Positions 26,464 through 36,665 of a stretch of DNA of 64,000 bases are shown piece by piece. Every line of letters starts with the position of its first letter. Position 1 is the first letter of the stretch. The stretch lies in IMG/VR virus record IMGVR_UViG_3300028394_000035. One strand, 5' to 3'. The notes under the pieces were generated by a model that saw only the letters and a list, made by a program, of their open reading frames with translations, made no database searches and had not been told where the DNA came from. A program made the translations under genes and the position numbers. Source of the DNA: a virus.

Positions 26464-28240
26464 TTCTGTTATTAATCCCGAAGTTATTACAGGAAAAAAG
26501 AAGCCTAATCTTTTAAGAGCGCAGAATTTTATTTCTGGTGGTTCTTCTGTAGGTGCAGGTGTACTTGGATCAGCAGCAAATAAGATTGTTAATTTTCAAA
26601 GAGCAGGAGTTCAACCATCACCAGTAGACGTTAGTAGTATTGTAAAGTCAATATCTACTGGAGTAGTTAGTAATTTCAATAATCAAGCACAGACAATCAA
26701 TAATTCAGTTACAAATGTTATTAGTAAATCTATTAGTAATTTTTCAAAAGATTATCAAGACCGAATTAAAAAAGTAGATGAAGCAAAACCAACAGGCATA
26801 CTTCAAAAGATTTTAGGTCTTTATAGAGATGTAATAGGATTTATTCAATTTTTTGGAAAAAGAAAATTTGTAGAAGGTTTAAGAGATAATTTAAAAGCAC
26901 TTCAAAAATCATTTACCGACAGTTTTGAAGTTGCAAAACTTATTCGTCAAGTAATTATTAAAATTGTAAAACAATTATCAAATCTTCCAAAAGCAAGTCC
27001 ATCTGGTGGCGGGGGCATCAATCTTGATGTTGATGTTCCTGGTGGTGGATTGAAAAAAACAGCGCCAAGAGGACTTAACAGAAGAATGAGAGGAGGCAAA
27101 ATGCTTGCTCTTGGCGCTGGTGCTCTTGGATTGGGTGCTGCTGGTGCTGCTGCAACAAACGCTCTTTCGGGAAGTGATGCAGTTCAACCTGGAAGTCCTG
27201 CTCCAGAAATACCTGGAAATTTACTTGATGGATTGACTGCTGTTATTGATAGATTTTCAAAAGCAATTGATAGTTTAGTTAAAGGTAGTTCTGGTAAGAA
27301 AACGTCTGGGTCTTCTGGGGGTGGTGGCGGAAGTACTGGAAAAATAGAAAAACCAAAGGCAACTCCTGGTGCTACTCCTGGTGCTCCTGATAGTAATATC
27401 CAAGCTTCTCCTGGTGGAACAAAAACAGCAGAAGAAATGGCATTAGTGCAAACTGTAATGCAACAAGAGGGAGCTGATTACACTACTGTATACGGAGGGA
27501 AAAAAGTTCCAAAATTGACTGAAATGACATTGGGGGAAGTGTATGATGCATCAAAATTGGGAGGTAGTGATCGTATTCCTAATAGATTGGGTGGTGGAGT
27601 TATTCCTTATGCAAAGGACAAATATAATTCTAGTGCAACCGGTGCTCCACAACTAATGCCAGATACACTCAAAGGATTACTTGACTCTAGAAAATTCAAT
27701 AGAGATCAAAAATTTAGTCCAGAAGTTCAAAATGAAATAATTCTTACACTTGCAAGAGGAAGAGGGATTGACCCAACAAAACCTTTAAGTAAAAAAGATA
27801 TTGATCTTCTTGGTCAAGAATGGGCGAGTTTTACTCAATTTCATGGTCAATCAAAAAATACAGCTGGATCTACACTTCAGGTGTATCAAAAAAATCTAGA
27901 AAAAATTAAAAAGGAAGGATTCGTAGCACAACCAGCAGTACAGGCATCATCAGCACCACCAGCACAAGCACAAGCAGCACCATCAGCACAAGCACAAGTA
28001 GCACAAAGAGTATCAACTGTCTCTCAACCAGCACAACAAAAACCTCAAGTGAACTATCTTCCTATTGATATGAGTGGTGGTGGTGAGCAACAGGCACAAC
28101 AATCACCAGGCGGTGGGGATATTTCTGCTCCATCTCCAACACCACAATCTGGTCCTAGTGTTCCATTTCTGTCTGCTACAAATACTGATAATTTTTTAGT
28201 TCTTTATTCAAGAATGGTTTATAATATTGTGGACGGATAA
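26453..28240 (+). CDS. Tape-measure/hub-like protein with a lysozyme-like domain
   Basis: Helical N-terminus, Gly/Ala hydrophobic stretch, QEGADY.TVYGG...ATGAPQLMPDTL...FSPEVQ lysozyme-like module. Confidence 0.65.
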   Translation: MALSSVINPEVITGKKKPNLLRAQNFISGGSSVGAGVLGSAANKIVNFQRAGVQPSPVDVSSIVKSISTGVVSNFNNQAQTINNSVTNVISKSISNFSKDYQDRIKKVDEAKPTGILQKILGLYRDVIGFIQFFGKRKFVEGLRDNLKALQKSFTDSFEVAKLIRQVIIKIVKQLSNLPKASPSGGGGINLDVDVPGGGLKKTAPRGLNRRMRGGKMLALGAGALGLGAAGAAATNALSGSDAVQPGSPAPEIPGNLLDGLTAVIDRFSKAIDSLVKGSSGKKTSGSSGGGGGSTGKIEKPKATPGATPGAPDSNIQASPGGTKTAEEMALVQTVMQQEGADYTTVYGGKKVPKLTEMTLGEVYDASKLGGSDRIPNRLGGGVIPYAKDKYNSSATGAPQLMPDTLKGLLDSRKFNRDQKFSPEVQNEIILTLARGRGIDPTKPLSKKDIDLLGQEWASFTQFHGQSKNTAGSTLQVYQKNLEKIKKEGFVAQPAVQASSAPPAQAQAAPSAQAQVAQRVSTVSQPAQQKPQVNYLPIDMSGGGEQQAQQSPGGGDISAPSPTPQSGPSVPFLSATNTDNFLVLYSRMVYNIVDG

Positions 28241-30096
28241 TGGCTAAATTACTTTCTTCGCCACTTGTTTCTGCTTCTAATAATATTGTTCTTTTTGCAA
28301 AAGGAACAAAAACTTTACCTAAGGTACAAAAAGAATTAGTTCAGTTTAATCAATTTTTGCAATTCAAAACTGTCGAACTTGAAAAACTTAAACTTCCAGA
28401 AAAGAAAAAAATAAAAGAACTTGCAAATTTAAATATTGCATCATCATTTGGAGCACCTGGTGGATTATTAAGATCACTTGCAAGTGGAGCACTTGATGTT
28501 GCTGGTTTCTTGGGAAATATGTTTCCATCAAAAGGAAAAACAGGAAAACCAGGAAAAGTACCAAAAAAAATAAAAGTACCAAAACCAGTAGTGAGAGGTT
28601 CAAAATTAAAACTTGGTGGAATAAGAGCAGTAGGAGTTGTAAATGCTTTATTCGCTGGACTTGATTTTGCGACTGGATTGCAAGAAGGGGAAAGTGTAGG
28701 AAAAGCAGCAGCAGGTGCTGGCGGTTCTCTTGCTGGAAGTTTACTTGGTGGTGTAATAGGTCAGACACTTATTCCAATACCTGGAGTTGGATTTGTACTT
28801 GGAAGTATGGCTGGTGGATTTTTAGGTGGTTATGCTGCTGATAGAGTATATGAAGGCGGAAGTTCTATAAAGAAAAAATTAGACGAAAGACTAAAAAAAC
28901 AAGAAACAAAACAAAAAGGAGCAGCAGCTAATAGTGGTAATTTTGGTGATATGGTAAGCAAATTTAGTTCTGCTGTAAGTAAATTTGAACAAGGTATTTC
29001 TTCTGGTTTATTTGGAACTGTAGAACAGAGTGGAAATCAACCAATGGAAGATGTTATTGGTTCTGTTGAAACTTCTTATGATACGCAACAGAAAGACCAA
29101 CAACAAATCGAAGCAGAAGAAACATATTCTGCGGAAGGTGGAGATAAACCATCATCAAATTTTACTTCAGCTTTTGGTTGGAGATGGAAAAGAATGCATA
29201 GTGGAGTAGATTTTGCAAGTCCATCTGCATCTGCTCCTGTATCAGTCATACAACCAGGAATTATTGATACTGGTTATGAAGGTGGATATGGAAATTGGGT
29301 TGCTGTTAAACACGATAATGGAGCAGAAACTTTTTACGGTCATTTGAGTAAAGTGGAGGTGAAAAAAGGACAAAGAATAGAAGCAGGAACAGTCATTGGA
29401 AATCAGGGAAACACAGGACGTTCTAAGGGAGCTCACGTTCACTTTGAATATAGACCAGGTGGACCAGGAACAAAAGCAGTAGATGGTCGTGGAGTTGCTG
29501 ATAGTTATTTTAGATTTGGAGGACAAGTTAAAGTAAAGAAAAGTCAAGAGAAAAAAACAAAAACAGATGCAGATAAAAAACTAGGGGAAGTTTCTACTGA
29601 TTATCAACAAAAACCAAAAACAGGACAACAATTTTTTGCAGAACAAAAACAAATTACAGGAATTAAACCAGAACTTCAACCATCGGAACTTTATAAAGAC
29701 ACCAAAATACAAGAAATGGTAAAAAGTCCAGAAAAATACAAAGAAGGGATTGATAATATTCAAGGTGATAAAAAAATGGTGGTTGGGAAAATGTATAATG
29801 ATTATCAAAAATATATAAAACAACAAAAAATAATACCACCGCAAGTAGTTCCTACACCACAACAATCAATACAGCAATATCCAACATACAATCAACAACA
29901 ATCAAGTGTAACCATAATGCCTATAATGATGGGAGGAGGTCAAGGTGGTGGAGGTGGACAACAACAAAAACCAGTATTTATTCCTGTTGGTGGTGGCGGA
30001 GGAGGCGGAACTGTAATTCTTCCTGGACCAAGTGAAGGTCAGGTGGTAAATAGTTTAGTCAAAACATTATTACTTACTACTCTTTCTGGATCATAA
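28240..30096 (+). CDS. Tape-measure-like protein with an M23 peptidase domain
   Basis: RMHSGVDFA, GYGNWV.VKH, YGHL, GNTGRS.GAHVHFE; Gly-rich hydrophobic segments. Confidence 0.85.
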   Translation: MAKLLSSPLVSASNNIVLFAKGTKTLPKVQKELVQFNQFLQFKTVELEKLKLPEKKKIKELANLNIASSFGAPGGLLRSLASGALDVAGFLGNMFPSKGKTGKPGKVPKKIKVPKPVVRGSKLKLGGIRAVGVVNALFAGLDFATGLQEGESVGKAAAGAGGSLAGSLLGGVIGQTLIPIPGVGFVLGSMAGGFLGGYAADRVYEGGSSIKKKLDERLKKQETKQKGAAANSGNFGDMVSKFSSAVSKFEQGISSGLFGTVEQSGNQPMEDVIGSVETSYDTQQKDQQQIEAEETYSAEGGDKPSSNFTSAFGWRWKRMHSGVDFASPSASAPVSVIQPGIIDTGYEGGYGNWVAVKHDNGAETFYGHLSKVEVKKGQRIEAGTVIGNQGNTGRSKGAHVHFEYRPGGPGTKAVDGRGVADSYFRFGGQVKVKKSQEKKTKTDADKKLGEVSTDYQQKPKTGQQFFAEQKQITGIKPELQPSELYKDTKIQEMVKSPEKYKEGIDNIQGDKKMVVGKMYNDYQKYIKQQKIIPPQVVPTPQQSIQQYPTYNQQQSSVTIMPIMMGGGQGGGGGQQQKPVFIPVGGGGGGGTVILPGPSEGQVVNSLVKTLLLTTLSGS

Positions 30097-31412
30097 TGTC
30101 TATCGCAGTCGGCGCATTTAGACCAAATTATTTTGGTATACAATCATTAGATGGTAAAAATAAAGTTGATATAACTAACTCACTATTGTTTTTTGATTAT
30201 TTTGAAGATTTGTTATCTCCTTGTATAACTGCAATCGCACAAATAACAAATTCTTCTTCGTTGTTTAATATTCTTCCAATCCGTGGTGGTGAAAAAGTTG
30301 CAATTAGTGTCGATACTGCATTTGGGGAATTTTTATTAGATGGCGATAATGCATTATATGTAACTAAAGTAACTGGTTTAGACGCACAAACACAAAATGA
30401 AACTTTCACTTTACATATGGTTTCACTTGAAGCACTTTCAAATGAAACATCAAGATGCGAAAAAAAATATAATGATGCAACAATTGATATACACGTAAAA
30501 GATATACTAAAAAATGTTTTAAATACAAAAAAATTTGATAATAAAAATATAGAAGTAACATCAAATAGTTATTCTTTTATTTCAAATAACAAAAAACCAT
30601 TTCACATTTTAACTTGGTTGGGACCAAAATCCGTACCTACAACATCAGGTGGAGGTGGAACATCTGGTGAAGGAGAATATGCAGATGCAAAGGGAACTGC
30701 TGGATTTTTATTTTATGAAAACAAAGATGGATTTAATTATAGAAGTATTGATAGTTTAGTTTCAAATACTCAAATACAAAATCAAAGTGCAGATAAAGAA
30801 AAAATAATAACTTATACTTATACACAAGTTATAGAAAATAATACTCAAGCAAACGAATTTAAAATCTTAAATTATGGATTTGAAAAAAATCAAGATTTGA
30901 TGAAAGCATTACGAGTTGGTATGTATGCAAACAAAAGTTATTTTTATGACTTATATTCAAACAGTTTGGATATATACAAATATGTACTAAAGGATGAAAT
31001 TGGAAATAAATTAGGAAATAATAATATTGCAGTTTCTGATGAATTTGGTGATAGTATTAGCCGCATTATGGTTCGTGTTTCAGATCGAGGTGCATTAAAT
31101 AGTAATGGTTCAATTTCTAATAAATTAAGAAGTGGTGCCGATATGGCTAAGTCATATTCAAGATATAATATTTTGTTTACACAAGCACTAAATATGGTTG
31201 TACCTTGTAATGTTTCTTTGAAAATTGGAACTATTATTAATGTAATGTTACCAAGAATAGATAGCACAGATAATAAAGAAAATGACGACGAACAAAGTGG
31301 AAATTATTTAATTAAAGGATTAAGACATCATTTTGAAGGAGGACAAATGATTACTAGTTTAAGATTAATTCGTGATAGTTATGGTCTATATGGATCTAAT
31401 AATATATTTTAA
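30096..31412 (+). CDS. Baseplate hub protein (gp27/tail-protein-like)
   Basis: FDYFEDLLSP, PIRGGE, FYENKDGFNYRSID, SGNYLI..LRH; directly upstream of gp5. Confidence 0.7.
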   Translation: MSIAVGAFRPNYFGIQSLDGKNKVDITNSLLFFDYFEDLLSPCITAIAQITNSSSLFNILPIRGGEKVAISVDTAFGEFLLDGDNALYVTKVTGLDAQTQNETFTLHMVSLEALSNETSRCEKKYNDATIDIHVKDILKNVLNTKKFDNKNIEVTSNSYSFISNNKKPFHILTWLGPKSVPTTSGGGGTSGEGEYADAKGTAGFLFYENKDGFNYRSIDSLVSNTQIQNQSADKEKIITYTYTQVIENNTQANEFKILNYGFEKNQDLMKALRVGMYANKSYFYDLYSNSLDIYKYVLKDEIGNKLGNNNIAVSDEFGDSISRIMVRVSDRGALNSNGSISNKLRSGADMAKSYSRYNILFTQALNMVVPCNVSLKIGTIINVMLPRIDSTDNKENDDEQSGNYLIKGLRHHFEGGQMITSLRLIRDSYGLYGSNNIF

Positions 31413-31418
31413 ATAAAA

Positions 31419-34289
31419 ATGATTGAAGAGGCACTTTTAAAATCTAATTATATTGGAAAAGATGGTTTTACTTGGTGGATTGGTCAAGTAGCACATACAT
31501 CTGTTTGGGCGGAAAAATCTGAAATATCTATTGAAGGAACTTGGGGAGCAAGATGTAAAGTTAGAATTATTGGATATCATTCTTTTGATGGAAATATTCT
31601 TCCTGATGAAGATTTACCTTGGGCACAAATACTATTAGATCCTTCTTTTGGAAGTTCGCAGGGAGGAATAGGAGGAACTATACATTTAAGAGGTGGTGAA
31701 ACTTGTTTTGGATTTTTCTTGGATGGAGATGACGGACAACAACCAGTAATTTTTGGATTGCTTTATCGTAGTGAAGGAACTAAAAATTTACAAACAGAAG
31801 ATGCTATAGCAAAAGAAAAAAGTTCAAGATTTAAACCCTTCACCGGTCATCCTGGTAATTTAGTTAAACCATCACAAAGAGATAGTAGAAATTCAAAAAA
31901 TTTAGGAGATGTAGAAACTTCTCCTCTTTCGCAAAAAGATATAACAAATATTGCTTTTAATTCTGATTTTGGATTTTCAAGTTCATTTACTACAAATGTT
32001 TCAGCAACACCACAATATGGTGATAAGATCGCAGGTATTAAACCGGGAATACCTGCTGCATCTACTTTGGCGGTAGAAAAAAAAGCAGACATTACTTTAA
32101 CTAGACCAAATGGATGCGAAAATAATTTAATCGGTCAAATTACACAAATAATACAAGATTTTGTTTCAGTTACAAACGGTCTTGATAGATATCTACACGC
32201 TTTTATTGATCCAGTATTAAATGAAGTCGTAAATGTTAAAAATTTAATTAAAAAAACTGCAAGTCAAGTTCTTGGAATTGTAAAATTAATTATTAATAAT
32301 TTAAGAGGAACTATTTTTAAATGTATTACTAAATTATTTACTAAACTGGTTGGATTGATAGTTCCAATACCACAACAAGTATATATTTTGGAGGCGATGA
32401 AGAAAATTTTAGATATAATTTTTTGTATTCTAGAAAAACTTCCTGCTAGTCTTCTTAATTTTCTTGAAGATATTTTTAATGATTTAGTTAATCCAATTAA
32501 TGCACCTGCGTGTGCAATTGAGCAATTGACTGCTGGTATTCTTTCAAGATTGATGAATGATATTGAAAATGCACTTTCCGGTATTATGTCTGGAATTAGT
32601 TGGCTTACTGGTGGTCTTTCTTCAATTTCTAATATTCTAAATCAAGCAAGTTCTTTAGCATCACAAATTTTAAGTTTTCTTGAGTGTACTGGACTTGCTT
32701 GTAAAACGCCAAGTGTTTGGGCTGCTAAATTTGGACCAAACGAAAAGGATGCTGATGATTGGCAAAAAATGGTTTCAAATGTAAATATATTGAATGGAAT
32801 TAGTGATGGTTTAGGTTCTATTGAAGCAGCAATTGGAGAAACGCCACTTTATGGTGGTATTAATGGAAGATTTAATTCATTATATAATAACTGCAATCAA
32901 AAAGTATCAAATCCAACATCTCAAAATGATATTATTCCATTACCTCCTGGAGTGAGATATCCAAATTGTATTCCGCCAATTGTAAGAATTGTTGGTGATG
33001 GTATTGGTGCAAATGCAGTTCCTGTTGTTGGTTCAAATGGTTCAATTTTTTCAGTTGAAGTATCTAATGGTGGATTTGGATATACAGTAGAACCAACTGT
33101 AATGATTGTAGATAATAGTGGATATGGAAATGGCGCAACAGCAAATGCAATTATCGAAAATGGAAAAGTTTCTTCAATTTATGTAACCAATTATGGTTTT
33201 GGTTATTGTCCTGGAAATTATACTGGTATTGGTACTACTGGCCCTGATGGTACTAGTCCAGGAATTGGTACTACTGGTGGTGGTACTGGTATTGGTACTA
33301 CTGGTGATGGCGCTAATACCCCCAAATCATTTATATCTTTGAGATTAATTTCTTCTAAAAATGTAGTTACGGAAGGAGATGATTTTGTGATCTCTTTAAT
33401 TACTGATAATGCAACGGACGGAACTAAAATTAATTATACGATTAGTGGTGTTCGTAGAGAAGAAATTGATAAAGATTTGACTGGATCATTTATTATAAAC
33501 AATAAAACATCTACATTACCAATTAAAACCAAAGATAATCTTTTATATAATCGAGAGTTATTTACATTAAAATTAAATGATTATAGTAAGTTTGTTGATG
33601 TTTTAATTAAAAAGAAAGAAACGATTACCAGATCATCTCAATATTCTTTAAGTTCTTCTCGTGATTTTGTTACTGCAGGAGAAGCATTTGCAATTAAATT
33701 AGATACAAAAGAAATACCAGATAATACTTTGGTTTCATATTCAATTACTGGAATTGATGGAAATCTTTTATCAAATTCTCCATTAAAAGGATCTTTTAAG
33801 GTTATACAACAAAAATCACAAATATTAATTCAAACAAATAAAGATATAATTACTAGTAATGCAATATTTACTTTAACACTTGATAATAAAAAGGCATATG
33901 TCTCGGTTCTTATTAAGGCCGTATCTACACCTCCTATTACACCAGGTATAAGAACTGATGTAACTGGTTGTATTGAAAAAATAATAGTCATATCACCTGG
34001 TTATGGATATACAACTGGTGATAAAATTACTGATGGTAAAAATACTTATACTCCTATTGTTTCACCAAATAGCGGAGCAATTATAGATGTAACGCCATTA
34101 AATAATCCAATTTGTGGATTTGAAGAACCACCAGATCTTACTATAAATACAAACACAGGTATTGGTGCGGCATTTGTTCCACTTATGAAATATTATCCTA
34201 CTTATATTTCAATCAATAAACCTTATGATTTAATAGATCAGAAAAGAATATCAACAGTAGGAATTAAAACAGTAATAGATTGCGTATGA
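31419..34289 (+). CDS. 5: Baseplate central spike gp5, N-terminal part, with Ig/Calx-beta-like insertions
   Basis: GKDGFTWWIGQV, RCKVRIIGYH, DLPWA, GFFLDG...QQPVI (gp5 OB-fold); no lysozyme motif seen. Confidence 0.85.
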   Translation: MIEEALLKSNYIGKDGFTWWIGQVAHTSVWAEKSEISIEGTWGARCKVRIIGYHSFDGNILPDEDLPWAQILLDPSFGSSQGGIGGTIHLRGGETCFGFFLDGDDGQQPVIFGLLYRSEGTKNLQTEDAIAKEKSSRFKPFTGHPGNLVKPSQRDSRNSKNLGDVETSPLSQKDITNIAFNSDFGFSSSFTTNVSATPQYGDKIAGIKPGIPAASTLAVEKKADITLTRPNGCENNLIGQITQIIQDFVSVTNGLDRYLHAFIDPVLNEVVNVKNLIKKTASQVLGIVKLIINNLRGTIFKCITKLFTKLVGLIVPIPQQVYILEAMKKILDIIFCILEKLPASLLNFLEDIFNDLVNPINAPACAIEQLTAGILSRLMNDIENALSGIMSGISWLTGGLSSISNILNQASSLASQILSFLECTGLACKTPSVWAAKFGPNEKDADDWQKMVSNVNILNGISDGLGSIEAAIGETPLYGGINGRFNSLYNNCNQKVSNPTSQNDIIPLPPGVRYPNCIPPIVRIVGDGIGANAVPVVGSNGSIFSVEVSNGGFGYTVEPTVMIVDNSGYGNGATANAIIENGKVSSIYVTNYGFGYCPGNYTGIGTTGPDGTSPGIGTTGGGTGIGTTGDGANTPKSFISLRLISSKNVVTEGDDFVISLITDNATDGTKINYTISGVRREEIDKDLTGSFIINNKTSTLPIKTKDNLLYNRELFTLKLNDYSKFVDVLIKKKETITRSSQYSLSSSRDFVTAGEAFAIKLDTKEIPDNTLVSYSITGIDGNLLSNSPLKGSFKVIQQKSQILIQTNKDIITSNAIFTLTLDNKKAYVSVLIKAVSTPPITPGIRTDVTGCIEKIIVISPGYGYTTGDKITDGKNTYTPIVSPNSGAIIDVTPLNNPICGFEEPPDLTINTNTGIGAAFVPLMKYYPTYISINKPYDLIDQKRISTVGIKTVIDCV

Positions 34290-34846
34290 GAAACCCATTT
34301 GCTAGACAACTTCCAGGATTTAGAATTGAAGCAGGGACAGATAGTGCTAAAAATGGAAAAATAGATATTGCTTGTACTACTGATAAGGGACAAGGACTTA
34401 TCATTTACGAGAATGGAAATTCTAATTTTGTTGTAAATAAAACTTCAAGTGAAGTTGTAGGGCATAAAATCGCAGACGATAAAACACCAGCAAAAGTAAT
34501 TGATGCGGTAAATGGTGATATTCATTTGAGAGCACTTAATGGAACTATTATTCTTGAAGCAAAGAATATTCGCATTATTGGTGTTGATGGATCAGAAGGA
34601 GAAGTAACAATTCAAGGTTCTAAAATTGTAAAAATAAGTGGTCCAAATGTAGAAGTCCAATCGAGTGGCGCTGCAACAATCGCAGCGGCACAAGGAGTTA
34701 ATATTGCTGGCGCTTATACTGATATTTCTGCAAGTACTCAAACTACAATTTCAAGTGGTGTAGATGCGGCATCTTCTTCACTCTTGGGACAAGTATTAGC
34801 AGCAATTAAAAAATTCAAAGATTTCTTCAAATCTATATGTAACTAA
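34286..34846 (+). CDS. gp5 C-terminal-type beta-helix spike segment
   Basis: ATGA overlap; short beta repeats (GDIHLRALNGTIILEAKNIRI). Confidence 0.65.
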   Translation: MRNPFARQLPGFRIEAGTDSAKNGKIDIACTTDKGQGLIIYENGNSNFVVNKTSSEVVGHKIADDKTPAKVIDAVNGDIHLRALNGTIILEAKNIRIIGVDGSEGEVTIQGSKIVKISGPNVEVQSSGAATIAAAQGVNIAGAYTDISASTQTTISSGVDAASSSLLGQVLAAIKKFKDFFKSICN

Positions 34847-35637
34847 TGGCTGATTTAACAATTGCGAATGTTGGCGAAAAACTAGTTGTTGGGCAAGTTG
34901 ATACTTCATTTTTGGCTGCTAGTTCTAGATTACTTCCAGGAACTGCTGTTTTGAATGGTCCTGTTTATATTGGAATGCCCGCTCAAATAGGAGTAGCAAG
35001 AGCGGCTTGTATGATTGGACCACCGATTTCAATTGCACTTCCAGTATCTTTGGAAGTTACAGGTATTACAAATCTTTTAGGCAACTTAAATGTTTTTGGT
35101 CTTTCTACCTTTAATGGTGCTTCTATTTTTAATGGTGTTTCGACTAAAAATGGAGCAGATATATCAAATGGTGTAAAACTTAATAATGGTTCTCATATTA
35201 CAAATGCTGCAAAAATGATTAATGGTACATTACTTGTAACTGGTACTTGTACTATACTTGGATTGTTTACTGCTGCGGGTGGAGTTGCGGCACCATTTAA
35301 GTTATTTGATATTCCACATCCAACAAAGGAAAAATATAGATTAAGGCACGGTTGTTTAGAAGGACCAGAAAATGCAGTTTATACTCGCGGTAGATTGATA
35401 AATTCGAATATAATCAATTTGCCTGATTATTGGACTGGATTGGTTGATGAAAAATCAATCACAGTTCATTTGACTTCTTATATTTTACATCAAGAACTTT
35501 ATGTTCAAAAGATAGAAAATAATAAAATAAAAATATTAAACAACTCCGGTGGAAAAATAGATTGTAGTTATATTGTATATGCAACAAGAAAAGATATTTC
35601 GCCCCTAATTATTGAGTACGAAGGAGAAGAAGTATGA
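34846..35637 (+). CDS. Beta-helix spike/fibre protein with chaperone-like C-terminus
   Basis: NG-repeat beta-helix followed by KLFDIPHP...RLRHGCLEGPENAVYTRG. Confidence 0.6.
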   Translation: MADLTIANVGEKLVVGQVDTSFLAASSRLLPGTAVLNGPVYIGMPAQIGVARAACMIGPPISIALPVSLEVTGITNLLGNLNVFGLSTFNGASIFNGVSTKNGADISNGVKLNNGSHITNAAKMINGTLLVTGTCTILGLFTAAGGVAAPFKLFDIPHPTKEKYRLRHGCLEGPENAVYTRGRLINSNIINLPDYWTGLVDEKSITVHLTSYILHQELYVQKIENNKIKILNNSGGKIDCSYIVYATRKDISPLIIEYEGEEV

Positions 35638-36665
35638 CTAGACAATCATTAAATCAAAAATATGACGAAGAACTGAATTCAATACAAAATCAAATTGTAT
35701 CACTTGGTGAAATTAAATTACCAGTTCAATCTTCACTTAGTGAACTTATAACACCATTATCACAATTAGATGAAAGAATTGCAGAACTTACCGTAGATAT
35801 TAATAAAAAAATATATGATATTTCAATCGTATCTGGTATTGCTACTGCTTGTGGTTGTGGTACAGTTTTTACTGCTATGGATGAAAATGAAAATCAAATA
35901 CAGATAAGTGTTGGTACTACTTATTATTACGAACAAGCAAAGGCACATCGTATAAATGCAGAAAACACATCTTATTCTGGATTTGATCCATTTGCAAAAC
36001 TTGATGGAACTGATGGTTCTACTTCTTTTACTTCTGGAATTGGTTCTACTACTTTTGTAGTAGGTGCAGATCAAAATTCTATTCTAGAATTAGTTATAGG
36101 TAATGTTGGTTCTGGTATTGGTGCAACTAATATTACATCTTATTTTGGAAGATCCTTATTAGGTGGTAGTGGTAGTGGAGCAAAAGCAGATGTAATAGTT
36201 ACTGTTGGTGGAACTGTTGCAAATGTAATTGTAAATAATGGTGGATCTGGTTATGCGGTAAATGATAGTTTAAATATTCCTTTTTTCCCTGGTGCATCTT
36301 TTATAGTTAATGATGTTGGTTCACCTATTCTTGGAATTGGTATTGATACTTATATTGTTGCAAGTTCTGGAATTGGAAGTGAATTTATACCAGATATTGA
36401 TACTACACAAACAAGTACTTGCCCAACATCTTGTGCTGCTTATGGAGCACAAGTTGATGCTCTAAAAGCAGATATAGTTACACTTAGAAGTCAAAGGGAT
36501 GCAATTATGGTGGGATCAAATTCGATTAAAGTTGAAACAAAAAAATCTTATGTTCAACGATATTCTTATAATTTTGCAGAAGCAGAATTAAATAAAAGAA
36601 AAACCGAAATTGATGCAGTTAGATTTGTTTTAAATAATCCTACTTATAATCAATACTTCTCATGA
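35634..36665 (+). CDS. Hypothetical structural protein
   Basis: Coiled-coil ends flanking a Gly-rich beta region (IVNNGGSGY). Confidence 0.65.
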   Translation: MTRQSLNQKYDEELNSIQNQIVSLGEIKLPVQSSLSELITPLSQLDERIAELTVDINKKIYDISIVSGIATACGCGTVFTAMDENENQIQISVGTTYYYEQAKAHRINAENTSYSGFDPFAKLDGTDGSTSFTSGIGSTTFVVGADQNSILELVIGNVGSGIGATNITSYFGRSLLGGSGSGAKADVIVTVGGTVANVIVNNGGSGYAVNDSLNIPFFPGASFIVNDVGSPILGIGIDTYIVASSGIGSEFIPDIDTTQTSTCPTSCAAYGAQVDALKADIVTLRSQRDAIMVGSNSIKVETKKSYVQRYSYNFAEAELNKRKTEIDAVRFVLNNPTYNQYFS

